Origin: Dehalococcoidia bacterium
GTDB taxonomy: Bacteria > Chloroflexota > Dehalococcoidia > UBA6926
DNA length: 64,000 bases
NCBI GenBank assembly: GCA_963666115.2
Contig: CAXXET010000001.1
Location: 32,001-96,000, forward strand
Reading direction: 5' to 3'
Both the position numbers and the translations under genes were made by a program. Each line of letters begins with the position of its first letter. The stretch's first letter is position 1. Below the pieces are notes generated by a model. It did not search any database and was not told the DNA's origin. It saw nothing but the letters and a program-made list of their open reading frames with translations. Shown one piece after another: positions 51,167-60,427 of the stretch.

Positions 51167-52002
51167 AGTCGCACCGCCAACCCAGTTTTCTCGCGGGTTG
51201 ACAGGCCAACCCGACCTTCAAAGACGTTGTAGCTTTTCCCTTCGATTCTATCGAGGACGCGGCCATAGAGTCCGCCGAGGACGGCGGGGAAGGCGCGGGT
51301 GCGAACGGGCAGCAGCTTGAGCAGACGCTTGCCGCGCTCGAAGTGCTCCCGCGCGCGCGCCACCTCGAACTCCATCAGGCTGCGAAACTGGTCGTTCACC
51401 GTGCCCGCCATCAGGTCTTCCTCGGTGTAGCCGAATCGCCGCAGGTCTTCCTGGGGGATGTAGATGCGGCCACGCTCGGCGTCCTCGCGGACGTCGCGCA
51501 GGATGTTGGTGAGCTGCATGGCGAGCCCCAAGTCGATTGCGTACTCGCGGGCGCGCCGGTCCTTGTAGCCCATAATCTGGATGCAAATGAGGCCCACGAC
51601 GGACGCGACGCGGTAGCAATACGCGGCCAGGTCATCAAAGGTCTCGTAACGGGAGACGGTGAGGTCCATTTCGACGCCGCGCGCGACTTCGGTGAGGTCT
51701 TCATAGGGAATGTCGTATTCGGCGGCGGCGTGGGCCAGCGCCTCGAAGACCGGCCCGTCCGGCTTCCCCTCCCGCGCGTCATCGAGCAGGGCGTCGATGC
51801 CCTGTATGCGGCGCGTTTTTTCGTCGATGGGCAGGTCGTCGTCTGATAGATCGTCGCAGAGGCGGCAGTAGGCGTAGGCGGCGTACATGGCGCGTCGTCT
51901 GCGGCGGGGCAGGGTGACGAAGGCGTAGTAGAAGTTGCCCGCCGCCTTGCGCGTGATTGCGCGGCAGTGTTCGTAGGCATCCGCCAACTGCTGGTCTGAC
52001 AT
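51118..52002 (-). CDS. hpnD: Presqualene diphosphate synthase
   Basis: NFYYAF, CRLCDDLSD, YCYRVASVVG, QLTNILRDV.ED and GRIYIP. Confidence 0.9.
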   Translation of the reverse strand: MSDQQLADAYEHCRAITRKAAGNFYYAFVTLPRRRRRAMYAAYAYCRLCDDLSDDDLPIDEKTRRIQGIDALLDDAREGKPDGPVFEALAHAAAEYDIPYEDLTEVARGVEMDLTVSRYETFDDLAAYCYRVASVVGLICIQIMGYKDRRAREYAIDLGLAMQLTNILRDVREDAERGRIYIPQEDLRRFGYTEEDLMAGTVNDQFRSLMEFEVARAREHFERGKRLLKLLPVRTRAFPAVLGGLYGRVLDRIEGKSYNVFEGRVGLSTREKTGLAVRLWIQSYVPMERVATAW

Positions 52003-52036
52003 ATGTCCGGGTGTTCCAGAACCGCCGGCGCCTGTC

Positions 52037-52921
52037 TCAAATCTTCCGCGTGAGCTTCATCTGAAGCCACGTCTTTGCGAGCAGCCACGTCTTGCGCCTC
52101 TTCGTGACCGTTGGCCGCCGAGAGAGCACGTCATAGTACTGCCTTTCGATGGCGTCCAGGACGCGGAGGCCGCCCAGGGTAAACAGCTTCACGTGCAGTT
52201 TGTAGGCGCCGTCGAGCGTGTCAACAAGGGGCAATCCCTCGTGGAACAGCAGGCGCGTTCGCTCCACCTGGAACAGGATGAGTTCTCGAAAGGCAAGCGA
52301 GCTTTCGCCGCGCGCCAGTTCCTCCTCGGTGTACTCGAACCGGCGCATATCCTCCTGCGGGATGTAGATGCGCCCTTTCTCATAGTCGCGCCTCACGTCC
52401 TGCCAGAAGTTGGCGAGTTGGAGGGCGGTGCAGGTGGCGTCGGACAGGGCGCGCCGCTCCGGGTCGTCCTTGCCGATCAACGTGAGATACAACCGGCCGA
52501 CGGGGTTTGCGGAATGGCGGCAATAGTTCAGCAGGTCGTTGTAGGTTTCGTAGCGCGTGTTGACCTGGTCCATCCGGTTGGCCTCGATAAGATCGAGGAA
52601 CGGCTGCCTCTCGATATCGAATGCGGCGATGGTGTGTTGGAGGGCCTGGAATTGCGGTTCGGCGGGCGCGCCGGAGTAGCATTGCTCCAGTTGCGCGGCC
52701 CAGTCGTCCAGCAGGGCAAGCCGATCTCCCTCCGCCTCGTCGCCGAGGTCGTCAACGCCGCGGCAGTACGCATAGACGGCGGCGACGTGGGGGAGCATGT
52801 CGCGCGGCATGAGGCGCGACACGACGGAGAAATTCTCGTAGTGCGACCGCGCAAGATCGATGCAGTCGCGGTAGGCGGGCTCCAGGGATGCCGGAATCTC
52901 CGCCGCCTCACGCGTCCGCAT
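52037..52921 (-). CDS. hpnC: Hydroxysqualene synthase HpnC
   Basis: HYENFSV.S, DDLGDE, YCRHSANPVGRL and LQLANFWQDV. Confidence 0.92.
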   Translation of the reverse strand: MRTREAAEIPASLEPAYRDCIDLARSHYENFSVVSRLMPRDMLPHVAAVYAYCRGVDDLGDEAEGDRLALLDDWAAQLEQCYSGAPAEPQFQALQHTIAAFDIERQPFLDLIEANRMDQVNTRYETYNDLLNYCRHSANPVGRLYLTLIGKDDPERRALSDATCTALQLANFWQDVRRDYEKGRIYIPQEDMRRFEYTEEELARGESSLAFRELILFQVERTRLLFHEGLPLVDTLDGAYKLHVKLFTLGGLRVLDAIERQYYDVLSRRPTVTKRRKTWLLAKTWLQMKLTRKI

Positions 52922-53448
52922 TACGCGTCCTCCTTCACCCCCATGACCTGGACGGTCAGATGGCGCGGACGCGGACGGTCAAGCTCGATGAAGAAGATCC
53001 GTTGGTACATTCCAAGCAGCAGGCGCCCGTTGATGATGGGCAGGGTTTCGCTGGTTCCCATGATGATCTGCTGGCAGTGGGCATGGCCGTTGGGTGGTTC
53101 GTCGTCGTTCATGTTGACGGTGCGAATCTCAAAGTCGTTGTGCTGGTAGCCTCCCTCGCGCGGGGCGAAATGCTCGAGGATGTGGCCGATGTCTTCAAGA
53201 AGCAGAGGTTCCATCTCATTGATGACGACGGCGGTTGTGGTGTGCGTGGAATAGACCACCACTGAGCCTTGCCGGACGCCGGTTTCTTCCACGATGTTCT
53301 GCACCCAGTCCGTCACGTCTACGAACTCAGGCGCGCGGCTCGATTGAATATCGATCGTGTACGAGTAGACCTGGTACTGGCCAGCGCCGATAAGGCCGCC
53401 TTGCTGGGCGCCGTTCACAAATGCGCGTGCTTCCATAACGTGCTCCAA
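52921..53448 (-). CDS. YjbQ/UPF0047 family protein
   Basis: HTTTAVVINE, NGHAH and LLGMYQRIFFIELD.PR.R; stop overlaps the hpnC ATG. Confidence 0.85.
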   Translation of the reverse strand: MEHVMEARAFVNGAQQGGLIGAGQYQVYSYTIDIQSSRAPEFVDVTDWVQNIVEETGVRQGSVVVYSTHTTTAVVINEMEPLLLEDIGHILEHFAPREGGYQHNDFEIRTVNMNDDEPPNGHAHCQQIIMGTSETLPIINGRLLLGMYQRIFFIELDRPRPRHLTVQVMGVKEDA

Positions 53449-53589
53449 TCATCAGGCGATGTGACTGCTTGCCATTCAAGCATACAGCGGCATGGATGAT
53501 TTTCAAAACCGTGTTATTGAAATGTCAGCTTTCCGAATCCATAATGGCCTTGTCGCCCGCCCCGCCGCCGGAGAGAGGGGGTCTACCGC

Positions 53590-54729
53590 ATGATTGAATG
53601 GCTTGGCATCGAGCACCTCTTTGAGCTTACGGGCGTGGAGGCGGTCGCGGCGTTCTTCACGCCCCTCGCCGTCTTTGCCGCGTTCTTCGTGGCGCAGCTC
53701 ATCATTCCGGGCAGGAAAGTGCCCGGCTACGTTACCGATCCCGGCACCGGCCAACCGCGCAACTATCGACTCAACGGCATCCTCGTCTTCATCCTGGCGG
53801 TCATTATCTGGGCGACGGAAATCACGGGAATGCCGCGTGACTGGTTCTACCGGTCGTCCCTCTACGCCATTGCCGGCGGCACCGTCTTCACGCTGATCAT
53901 GTCGATCGCGGCGGTCTACAGCCAGCCGGTGGGCGACATCAAGAACCCGCTGATGGCGCTGTGGGAGGGCAGGGCGCGGGAGATTTCCCTCTTTGGCGAG
54001 CGCGTCGACATCAAGATGTACTTCTACGTTGTCGGCGGCACGATGCTGGCAATCAACGCCATGTCCGGCGCGGCGTGGCACTACGACCAATTCGGGAGCG
54101 ATTTCAACCCCGGCGTCTTTCTCTACGCCGCGTTCTTCACGTTCTACGTGTTCGACTACTTCATCTGGGAGCGCGTCCAGCTCTACACCTACGACCTGAT
54201 CTACGAGCGGATGGGATTCAAGATGTTCTGGGGCGGCATCGTCATCTACGGCTGGGTCTTCATCCTGCCGCTGTGGGGGATGGCCGCGCACCCGAACCCC
54301 GGCTTCTCCACCTTCTGGACGTATGCCTGGCTCATCGGCTCCACCGCGCTCTTCCTCCTTGGCTGGAGCATCGGGCGCGGCGCGAACCTCCAGAAATACA
54401 CGTTCAAGCGGTGGCCGGACCGCAAGTTCCTGGGGATCATCCAGCCGAAGTACATCGAGGCCGGAGACCGCAAGATCCTCTACACCGGCCTCTGGGGCGT
54501 TGCCCGCCACTTCAACTACATGGGCGAGGGATTTTTGTCCTTCGCGGTCGGGCTGTCGTTCGGCCACTTTACGAACCCGTGGGCGTGGGCATACTTCGTC
54601 TTCGTCGTCTCGTTCTTCACGTGGCGGCAGCGCAGCGACGAGACGCACTGCGAAGCGAAGTACGGCGCAGACAAGTGGGCCGAATACAAATCGCGCGTCA
54701 AGTGGCGCATCATGCCCGGCATCTACTGA
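53590..54729 (+). CDS. ERG4/ERG24 (Delta14/Delta7 sterol reductase) family membrane reductase
   Basis: Y.LNG, D...ERMGF...WG, AN.QK..FK, GLWG.ARH.NY.GE and R...DE..C..KYG...W..Y...V.WRI.PGIY. Confidence 0.88.
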   Translation: MIEWLGIEHLFELTGVEAVAAFFTPLAVFAAFFVAQLIIPGRKVPGYVTDPGTGQPRNYRLNGILVFILAVIIWATEITGMPRDWFYRSSLYAIAGGTVFTLIMSIAAVYSQPVGDIKNPLMALWEGRAREISLFGERVDIKMYFYVVGGTMLAINAMSGAAWHYDQFGSDFNPGVFLYAAFFTFYVFDYFIWERVQLYTYDLIYERMGFKMFWGGIVIYGWVFILPLWGMAAHPNPGFSTFWTYAWLIGSTALFLLGWSIGRGANLQKYTFKRWPDRKFLGIIQPKYIEAGDRKILYTGLWGVARHFNYMGEGFLSFAVGLSFGHFTNPWAWAYFVFVVSFFTWRQRSDETHCEAKYGADKWAEYKSRVKWRIMPGIY

Positions 54730-54751
54730 CCGCCGGGGAGTCCCTTCCGGT

Positions 54752-55447
54752 TCAGGACGGTTGGCTGTCTTCGGACTTTATCAAGCCGCGCGCCAGCAGG
54801 CCCATATAGATGAGCCCGGAGACGGACATGGCCGCAAACACCGGCTGGAGAGCCAGTTCAAGCTCGTTTGAATGCCACGCGGCGACGAAGACAACCGCCG
54901 ACGCGACGGCCAGCGCGGCGACGATGCCGTTCAGCAGGGGAGGCAGGCGCACAGGTTCGGGATGGAAAGCGAGGCCCAGCGCCATGACAGCCGTTCCGGC
55001 GAAGCCCGCGACACTCGACGAGAAGTGCATTCCCCACACGACTCGCTGCAAGGCCACGGCGGAATTGAGCAGCCTCTCCGCCTCCGCGCCTTCGTTCTCC
55101 AGCGAGGCCACGCCATAGCCGACGATCATGTAGTCAAAGCCCCGCATCACCATCTGGATGATTAGGGCGATGGACATGGCGGTGAGGCCGAGGCGCGGGA
55201 TCGGCCCGGCGTAGCGGCGCAGGACCAGGAGGCCGTTCAGCATCAGCAGCGCGCCGAAAACGATGATGATAGGCATGGTATATGCCAGCGCCTCGTTGCG
55301 GGCCATGGCGAGGGTGAGGTCGGTGAGGCTTGTGCTGGGCACGGTGTCAATCGCGCCCCGGCCCGGCGAGAGCACGTAGGCCACCGCTATCGCAAGGGTT
55401 CCCGCTACCAGGGACCAGCCGCCCAGTTTTTTGTCCGTCACATTCAT
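54752..55447 (-). CDS. Hypothetical polytopic membrane protein
   Basis: About six hydrophobic segments; no motif recognised. Confidence 0.65.
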   Translation of the reverse strand: MNVTDKKLGGWSLVAGTLAIAVAYVLSPGRGAIDTVPSTSLTDLTLAMARNEALAYTMPIIIVFGALLMLNGLLVLRRYAGPIPRLGLTAMSIALIIQMVMRGFDYMIVGYGVASLENEGAEAERLLNSAVALQRVVWGMHFSSSVAGFAGTAVMALGLAFHPEPVRLPPLLNGIVAALAVASAVVFVAAWHSNELELALQPVFAAMSVSGLIYMGLLARGLIKSEDSQPS

Positions 55448-55574
55448 GTCGCTGCCATTCGTGAGTCGTCGTGCCGCTATCCTAGCAGAACGCCGGCGCG
55501 TCCGAGAATTGACAGCCGCCGCCTGAATGGACATTCCGCGTTAAGTGCGTTAACATCGGCGGACATTTGCGGCC

Positions 55575-56549
55575 ATGACGAACAACAAGACAAACGTGAA
55601 CGGCAACGGGCTAACGGCAGGCATCCGCGGCGGCGACGTGGTGTGCTTCGGCCTGCTGACTCATACGCTCCTGATTAGGGTCGATGAGCTGCCTGAGCAC
55701 AACGGCGGCGTGCCGATCCTCGGCTCACTGGACTCGCTGGGCGATGACGCCGCCATCGCCGCGAGCATCCTGACGCGGTGGGACGTACCGACGCGCCTCA
55801 TCACGAATCCAACCGGCAACGACAGCCGGGGAGAAGTGGTCCGGGAGCACCTCGACGCGTGGGGCGTGAATGTCCGCCAGGACACTGAAATCATCGACGG
55901 GATGGAGACCCCGTTCGAGGTGTCGATCATCGATCCCGTGGGCGCCCGGACGTACTTCCAGCGACGCGACCCTGCCGCCATGGCCGAACTCACGCCGCCG
56001 GACCCCTCCCAGATCAAGAACGCCGGCCTGCTCTACGTCGACTGGTACGACGGCCCCAGCGTCGTTCATGCCGCGCGTGACGCCGTTGCCCAGGGCGTGC
56101 CCGTCTACGTCAACCTGGAATCCGAATACGACAGCGGCGGATGGGTTGCGAACCTGATTGGAGACGCGAGCATCTGCCAGGTTTCGCTGGACACGCCGGA
56201 GGCAGCCGACGCGGGTGATCCGGCCGCTATCGCCCGCAGCCTGATTGACCGCGGGGTGGAGATGGCAGTCGTGACGCTGGGCGCGGACGGCTGCGTGGTT
56301 GCGCGGGGGCAGGAGGCGTATCACATCAGGCCGCCGCAGGTGGACGTCATCGACTGCAACGGGGCGGGCGCGGCCTGCTCGGCGGGGATCATGTACGGGC
56401 TGTGGGCGGGGTGGCCGCTGGAGGACATCGGGCGGTACGCCGCAGCCTATGCCGGGCTCAAATGCGGCATCAACGGCCTCGCGGAACTGGACGTCAGCGA
56501 CGTTCAGAAGACGGCGGCGGCGCTCCCGTCGCAGCGTCTGCCGCTCTAA
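55575..56549 (+). CDS. PfkB/ribokinase-family protein with an atypical active site
   Basis: GNDSRG, VVTLGADG and DVIDCNGAGAAC.AG. Confidence 0.8.
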   Translation: MTNNKTNVNGNGLTAGIRGGDVVCFGLLTHTLLIRVDELPEHNGGVPILGSLDSLGDDAAIAASILTRWDVPTRLITNPTGNDSRGEVVREHLDAWGVNVRQDTEIIDGMETPFEVSIIDPVGARTYFQRRDPAAMAELTPPDPSQIKNAGLLYVDWYDGPSVVHAARDAVAQGVPVYVNLESEYDSGGWVANLIGDASICQVSLDTPEAADAGDPAAIARSLIDRGVEMAVVTLGADGCVVARGQEAYHIRPPQVDVIDCNGAGAACSAGIMYGLWAGWPLEDIGRYAAAYAGLKCGINGLAELDVSDVQKTAAALPSQRLPL

Positions 56550-56559
56550 TCTCGCGGGG

Positions 56560-57249
56560 TTAGTTCTTCCTGGCCCAGAAGACGCAGTGCCGCATCGGCT
56601 TGTGGTCGGTGAAGTACATCAGGCCGCCAAGCTTCTCGCTGCTGTCCGCTTCAATGAGGGACAGGCCGGACTCGCCCAGGACGCCCAACACGCGCTCCTC
56701 CTCATAGAGCTGGAACGTTCTCGCGACGCCGTCCGTGCCGAACGCGCTGTCGCTGACGTCAGCAATGCCCGATCCGACCTTGAACATCAGCTGGAGGACG
56801 CCGCCGGGCGCGAGCACCCTGGCAAGCTCGGGCAGCGTCGTGCCCTCAACGTCCTGCGGCTGCAGGTGCTGGATGACGGCGTTGCACAGGACGAGGTCAA
56901 AGGAATCCGACTCATACGGCAGGGGCTCCCTCAGATCGGCGACCTTGATCCTGTCGGCGATCTCGGGGTGCATCTTCCTGCCCAGTTCGATGTTCTCCTC
57001 GACGGCGTCGATGCCGTATGCGTCGTAGCCACGGGAATGGAGCAGGGCAACGTGGCGGGCCCCCGCGCCGCATCCGGCGTCCAGACTCCGCTTGCCGGAC
57101 GCCAGGCCGGTTGCGCGATCGAGCAGGGCGATGTCGCCTGTCAGCTTGGGATGGGAGACCTTGTCATACAGTGAGTTCTCGTATTCGAGAGCGACTTCGG
57201 AGTACCTCCGAAAATGGTTCCGGTAGAAGTCCAGCGACTCAAACTGCAT
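56560..57249 (-). CDS. Class I SAM-dependent methyltransferase
   Basis: LDAGCGAG, GID, FDLVLC..V..H and RVLAPGG. Confidence 0.88.
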   Translation of the reverse strand: MQFESLDFYRNHFRRYSEVALEYENSLYDKVSHPKLTGDIALLDRATGLASGKRSLDAGCGAGARHVALLHSRGYDAYGIDAVEENIELGRKMHPEIADRIKVADLREPLPYESDSFDLVLCNAVIQHLQPQDVEGTTLPELARVLAPGGVLQLMFKVGSGIADVSDSAFGTDGVARTFQLYEEERVLGVLGESGLSLIEADSSEKLGGLMYFTDHKPMRHCVFWARKN

Positions 57250-57312
57250 GCGGCCCCCTTAGGCTTAGACACGGCATCCGGCGAAGCGCGCTGCGCGACG
57301 CCACCACTGGAT

Positions 57313-57341
57313 TTTACATTGACTTAACGTTCCTGTAAAAT
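57313..57341 (+). promoter_or_regulatory. Candidate promoter for the A-T-R gene
   Basis: TTTACA-17 nt-TAAAAT. Confidence 0.5.
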
Positions 57342-57400
57342 CGCTCTTCAACCTGACAACCAGGTGACGGGTTGCCCGTGCCGCAGGGGCCGGGTTCGGG

Positions 57401-60400
57401 GTGGCGGGGGAAGACAGCATGGTTTTAGTGGAATCCAGCGTCCATCAGCTATTTGAGGCGCAAGCTGCCAGCACGCCTGGCGCGGCGGCGATTGTATTCG
57501 ACGACGGGCAGATGACCTACGCGGAGCTGAACGGCCTGACGGACGCGCTGGGCGCCTACCTGCGAAGCTGCGGCGTTGGGACCGATGAGCCCGTCGGCAT
57601 CTTCATGGACACGTGCGCGGAGTACATCGTCGGCGCTATCGCGACGCTCAAGGCGGGCGGGGCTTTCATGCCGATGGACGTTGATTCTCCCGAGCCGCTG
57701 CTGCGCGGCATCGTGTCCGAGGCGCAACCGAAGGTCGTGCTCACGAAAAAGCAATTCCTGCCCAGGCTGGCTGAGTTCAGCGAGACTCACGTGCTCCCCG
57801 TCGACAGCGACCGCTCGTGGCGGCGGTACGGGATGAGAGGCCGCGCGGCGCGCGGCGACAACAACGACCTCGCGTTCATCCCCTATACGTCCGGCACCAC
57901 CGGAGACCCGAAAGGCGTGATGCTGACCGTTGGAGCGATGATGTCCTCCTACGAGGCCAGGTACACGTACAGTTCCTACGGCGCCGGCGACCGCGTCGGC
58001 TGCAACATCTTCTTCCCCTGGGAGTTCCTGCGCCCGCTGCTTAAGGGCGGGACGGTGTACGTGATCCCGGACGATGTCATATTTGTCCCGCGCGCGCTCG
58101 CGCGGTTCATTGCGGAGCGCCGGCTGACGGAGATACTGTTCACGCCATCCCTCCTGCAGAGCCTGTTGAACTCCGCGAGCCACGGGCGGCTCCGGGAACA
58201 GATGTCGTCCCTGCGCGTCGTCTGGCTGAACGGGGAGGTCGTGCCTGCCAGCCTGCTCAGGCAAGCGCGGGAAATCCTGCCGCCAAACGCCCGCCTGTTC
58301 AACACCTACAGCATCAGTGAGACACACGACGTCTGCACTATCGACCTGACCGCCCTCCCGTTGGACGGAATGGACACGTGCCCGGTGGGGTATGCGATGG
58401 ACGGCGTGAAGCTCCGCGTGCGCCCAGAGGACGGCTCCGCCGTGCAGGAAACGGGCGTCGGGGAACTGCTCATCGGCGGGCAGGGCGTGGCGCGCGGATA
58501 CCTCAAGAGGCCCGACCTGGATGCCGACAGGTTCGTCACGTTGAACGGAGAGCGTTATTACGCGACCGGCGACCTGGCGAACGTTGCGTCCGATGGAATG
58601 ACGACGATCGTTGGCCGGACCGATTCCATGGTCAAGATTCGGGGATACACCGTGTACCTCGGCGCGATTGAAGAGATGCTGCGGAGGCACTGTGACGCGG
58701 CGGACGCTGCGGTCGTCGTCGAAGACATGGACGAGACGAGCAAGCGGCTGGTGGCCTACGTCGTTCGCGGCCCGGATGCCGCGTGGAAGCTGGACGCCCG
58801 CAGCGGGGCGAGCAGGGATTTGCGGAACGTCCTGGAGCGATATCTGCCGCTCTACTCCGTTCCGTCTCACTATATTGAGTTGGACGCCCTCCCGATCAAC
58901 CAGCAGACCGGCAAGCTCCAGCGCAAGGCGCTGCCGTCGCTGCGCAACGGGGCATCGCCCGCCGGGCAGCGAATCAGGCTGACCAAAAATGCCACCGCAG
59001 AGGAGAGGCGCGCGGCATTGCGTGAACTCTGGGCGGACACGCTGGAACTCAACCTCGACGACCTGGAGGACGACTGGGACTTCTTTGACCTTGGCGGCCA
59101 CTCGTTGGCGGGCATGGCTCTGACCATCGCCATCGAGGAAACGTTTGGGATCGAGTTGAGCGGGGTCGAGGTGTACGACTACCCCACCATCGGCCAACTG
59201 TCGCGATACCTTGAAAATGGCGGGGCAGCGGGAGAAGCATCCGGCAAGACGCTGACCCAGGACGCGCGGCTGGACCCGCAAATCGCGCCCCGGGGCGACG
59301 CCCCGGTGACGCGGCTGAGCGATGCGTCCTCGATCCTGATCACTGGAACCACCGGATTCCTCGGCGCATTCCTGCTCGATCAACTGGTGCAATCCACGGG
59401 GCCGGACACGACGTTCTATTGCCTTGCGCGCGGCGGCGACGCCGCAGACACCGAGCCGTCCAGCCGGGTGCTGGACACGTTGAAGTTCTACGGGCTCCCC
59501 AGCCAATCCGCGGGCGACCGGATCGTCACCGTCTCCGGAGACCTCACGCAACCGCTGATGGGACTCGGCGGCGACAAGTATGACGAGCTGGCGCAAAAGA
59601 TCGACATGGTGTTCCACTGCGCCGCGTCAGTCAACTACGTCTACCCGTATTCGGCGTCCAAGCCCCACACCGTCGGCGGCACCACGGAGGTGCTCAAGTT
59701 CGCCTGCGCCGGCGCGCCAAAGGCGGTTCACTACATCTCATCCAACGGCATCTTCCCCGGCGGCGACACAACGCCGTACCTGGAAAACAGCGAGATCGAC
59801 GCCTGGGTTGATCGGATGGAGGGGGGCTACAACCAGTCGAAGTGGGTCGCGGAACGACTTGTGTGGCATTCCGTCTCACGCGGCCTGCCGGTCTGCATGT
59901 ACCGCCCCGGCAACATCGGCCACGACAGCAGGACGGGCACGGGCAATCCGAATGACTACCTGCTGCTGATCCTCAAGGCCTGCGCGCGGCTGGGCAGCGC
60001 GCCCCACGCCCCGGACTGGCTGTTTGAGATGACCCCGGTGGACTTCCTGGTGTCCGCGATCAGCCGGATCGCCGATGATCCGGGGCACCTGGGCAGCGTC
60101 TACAACGTGGTTCAGCAGGACCCGGCGCCGGCGGACCAGGTCTTTGATCTCATGCAGCGCAACGGGCACATCACCGAGCGGGTGTCGCTGGAGGAGTGGA
60201 AGTCCAGGCTGCAAGAGACAGGCGATCACGATGATGACCTGGAACTGAAGATGCTGGCCCGCTCGCTGGACTCGGTGGAGCCGTACCTGACGGATGACAG
60301 CATCTACGACATGACCAGGTTCACGGAGGCGCTGTCAGAGATCGGCCTTGCCATGCCGGACCTCGGCGCCGACTACGTGACTATGTTCCTTGAAAAGTAG
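57401..60400 (+). CDS. NRPS-like adenylation-thiolation-thioester reductase (A-T-R)
   Basis: YTSGTTGDPKG, GELLIGG.GVARGY, YATGD, FFDLGGHSL (Ppant Ser), TGTTGFLG and GYNQSKWVAE; no condensation domain. Confidence 0.93.
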   Translation: MAGEDSMVLVESSVHQLFEAQAASTPGAAAIVFDDGQMTYAELNGLTDALGAYLRSCGVGTDEPVGIFMDTCAEYIVGAIATLKAGGAFMPMDVDSPEPLLRGIVSEAQPKVVLTKKQFLPRLAEFSETHVLPVDSDRSWRRYGMRGRAARGDNNDLAFIPYTSGTTGDPKGVMLTVGAMMSSYEARYTYSSYGAGDRVGCNIFFPWEFLRPLLKGGTVYVIPDDVIFVPRALARFIAERRLTEILFTPSLLQSLLNSASHGRLREQMSSLRVVWLNGEVVPASLLRQAREILPPNARLFNTYSISETHDVCTIDLTALPLDGMDTCPVGYAMDGVKLRVRPEDGSAVQETGVGELLIGGQGVARGYLKRPDLDADRFVTLNGERYYATGDLANVASDGMTTIVGRTDSMVKIRGYTVYLGAIEEMLRRHCDAADAAVVVEDMDETSKRLVAYVVRGPDAAWKLDARSGASRDLRNVLERYLPLYSVPSHYIELDALPINQQTGKLQRKALPSLRNGASPAGQRIRLTKNATAEERRAALRELWADTLELNLDDLEDDWDFFDLGGHSLAGMALTIAIEETFGIELSGVEVYDYPTIGQLSRYLENGGAAGEASGKTLTQDARLDPQIAPRGDAPVTRLSDASSILITGTTGFLGAFLLDQLVQSTGPDTTFYCLARGGDAADTEPSSRVLDTLKFYGLPSQSAGDRIVTVSGDLTQPLMGLGGDKYDELAQKIDMVFHCAASVNYVYPYSASKPHTVGGTTEVLKFACAGAPKAVHYISSNGIFPGGDTTPYLENSEIDAWVDRMEGGYNQSKWVAERLVWHSVSRGLPVCMYRPGNIGHDSRTGTGNPNDYLLLILKACARLGSAPHAPDWLFEMTPVDFLVSAISRIADDPGHLGSVYNVVQQDPAPADQVFDLMQRNGHITERVSLEEWKSRLQETGDHDDDLELKMLARSLDSVEPYLTDDSIYDMTRFTEALSEIGLAMPDLGADYVTMFLEK

Positions 60401-60427
60401 GCGCAGGGGAGTCCGTATCGGGGCGGG

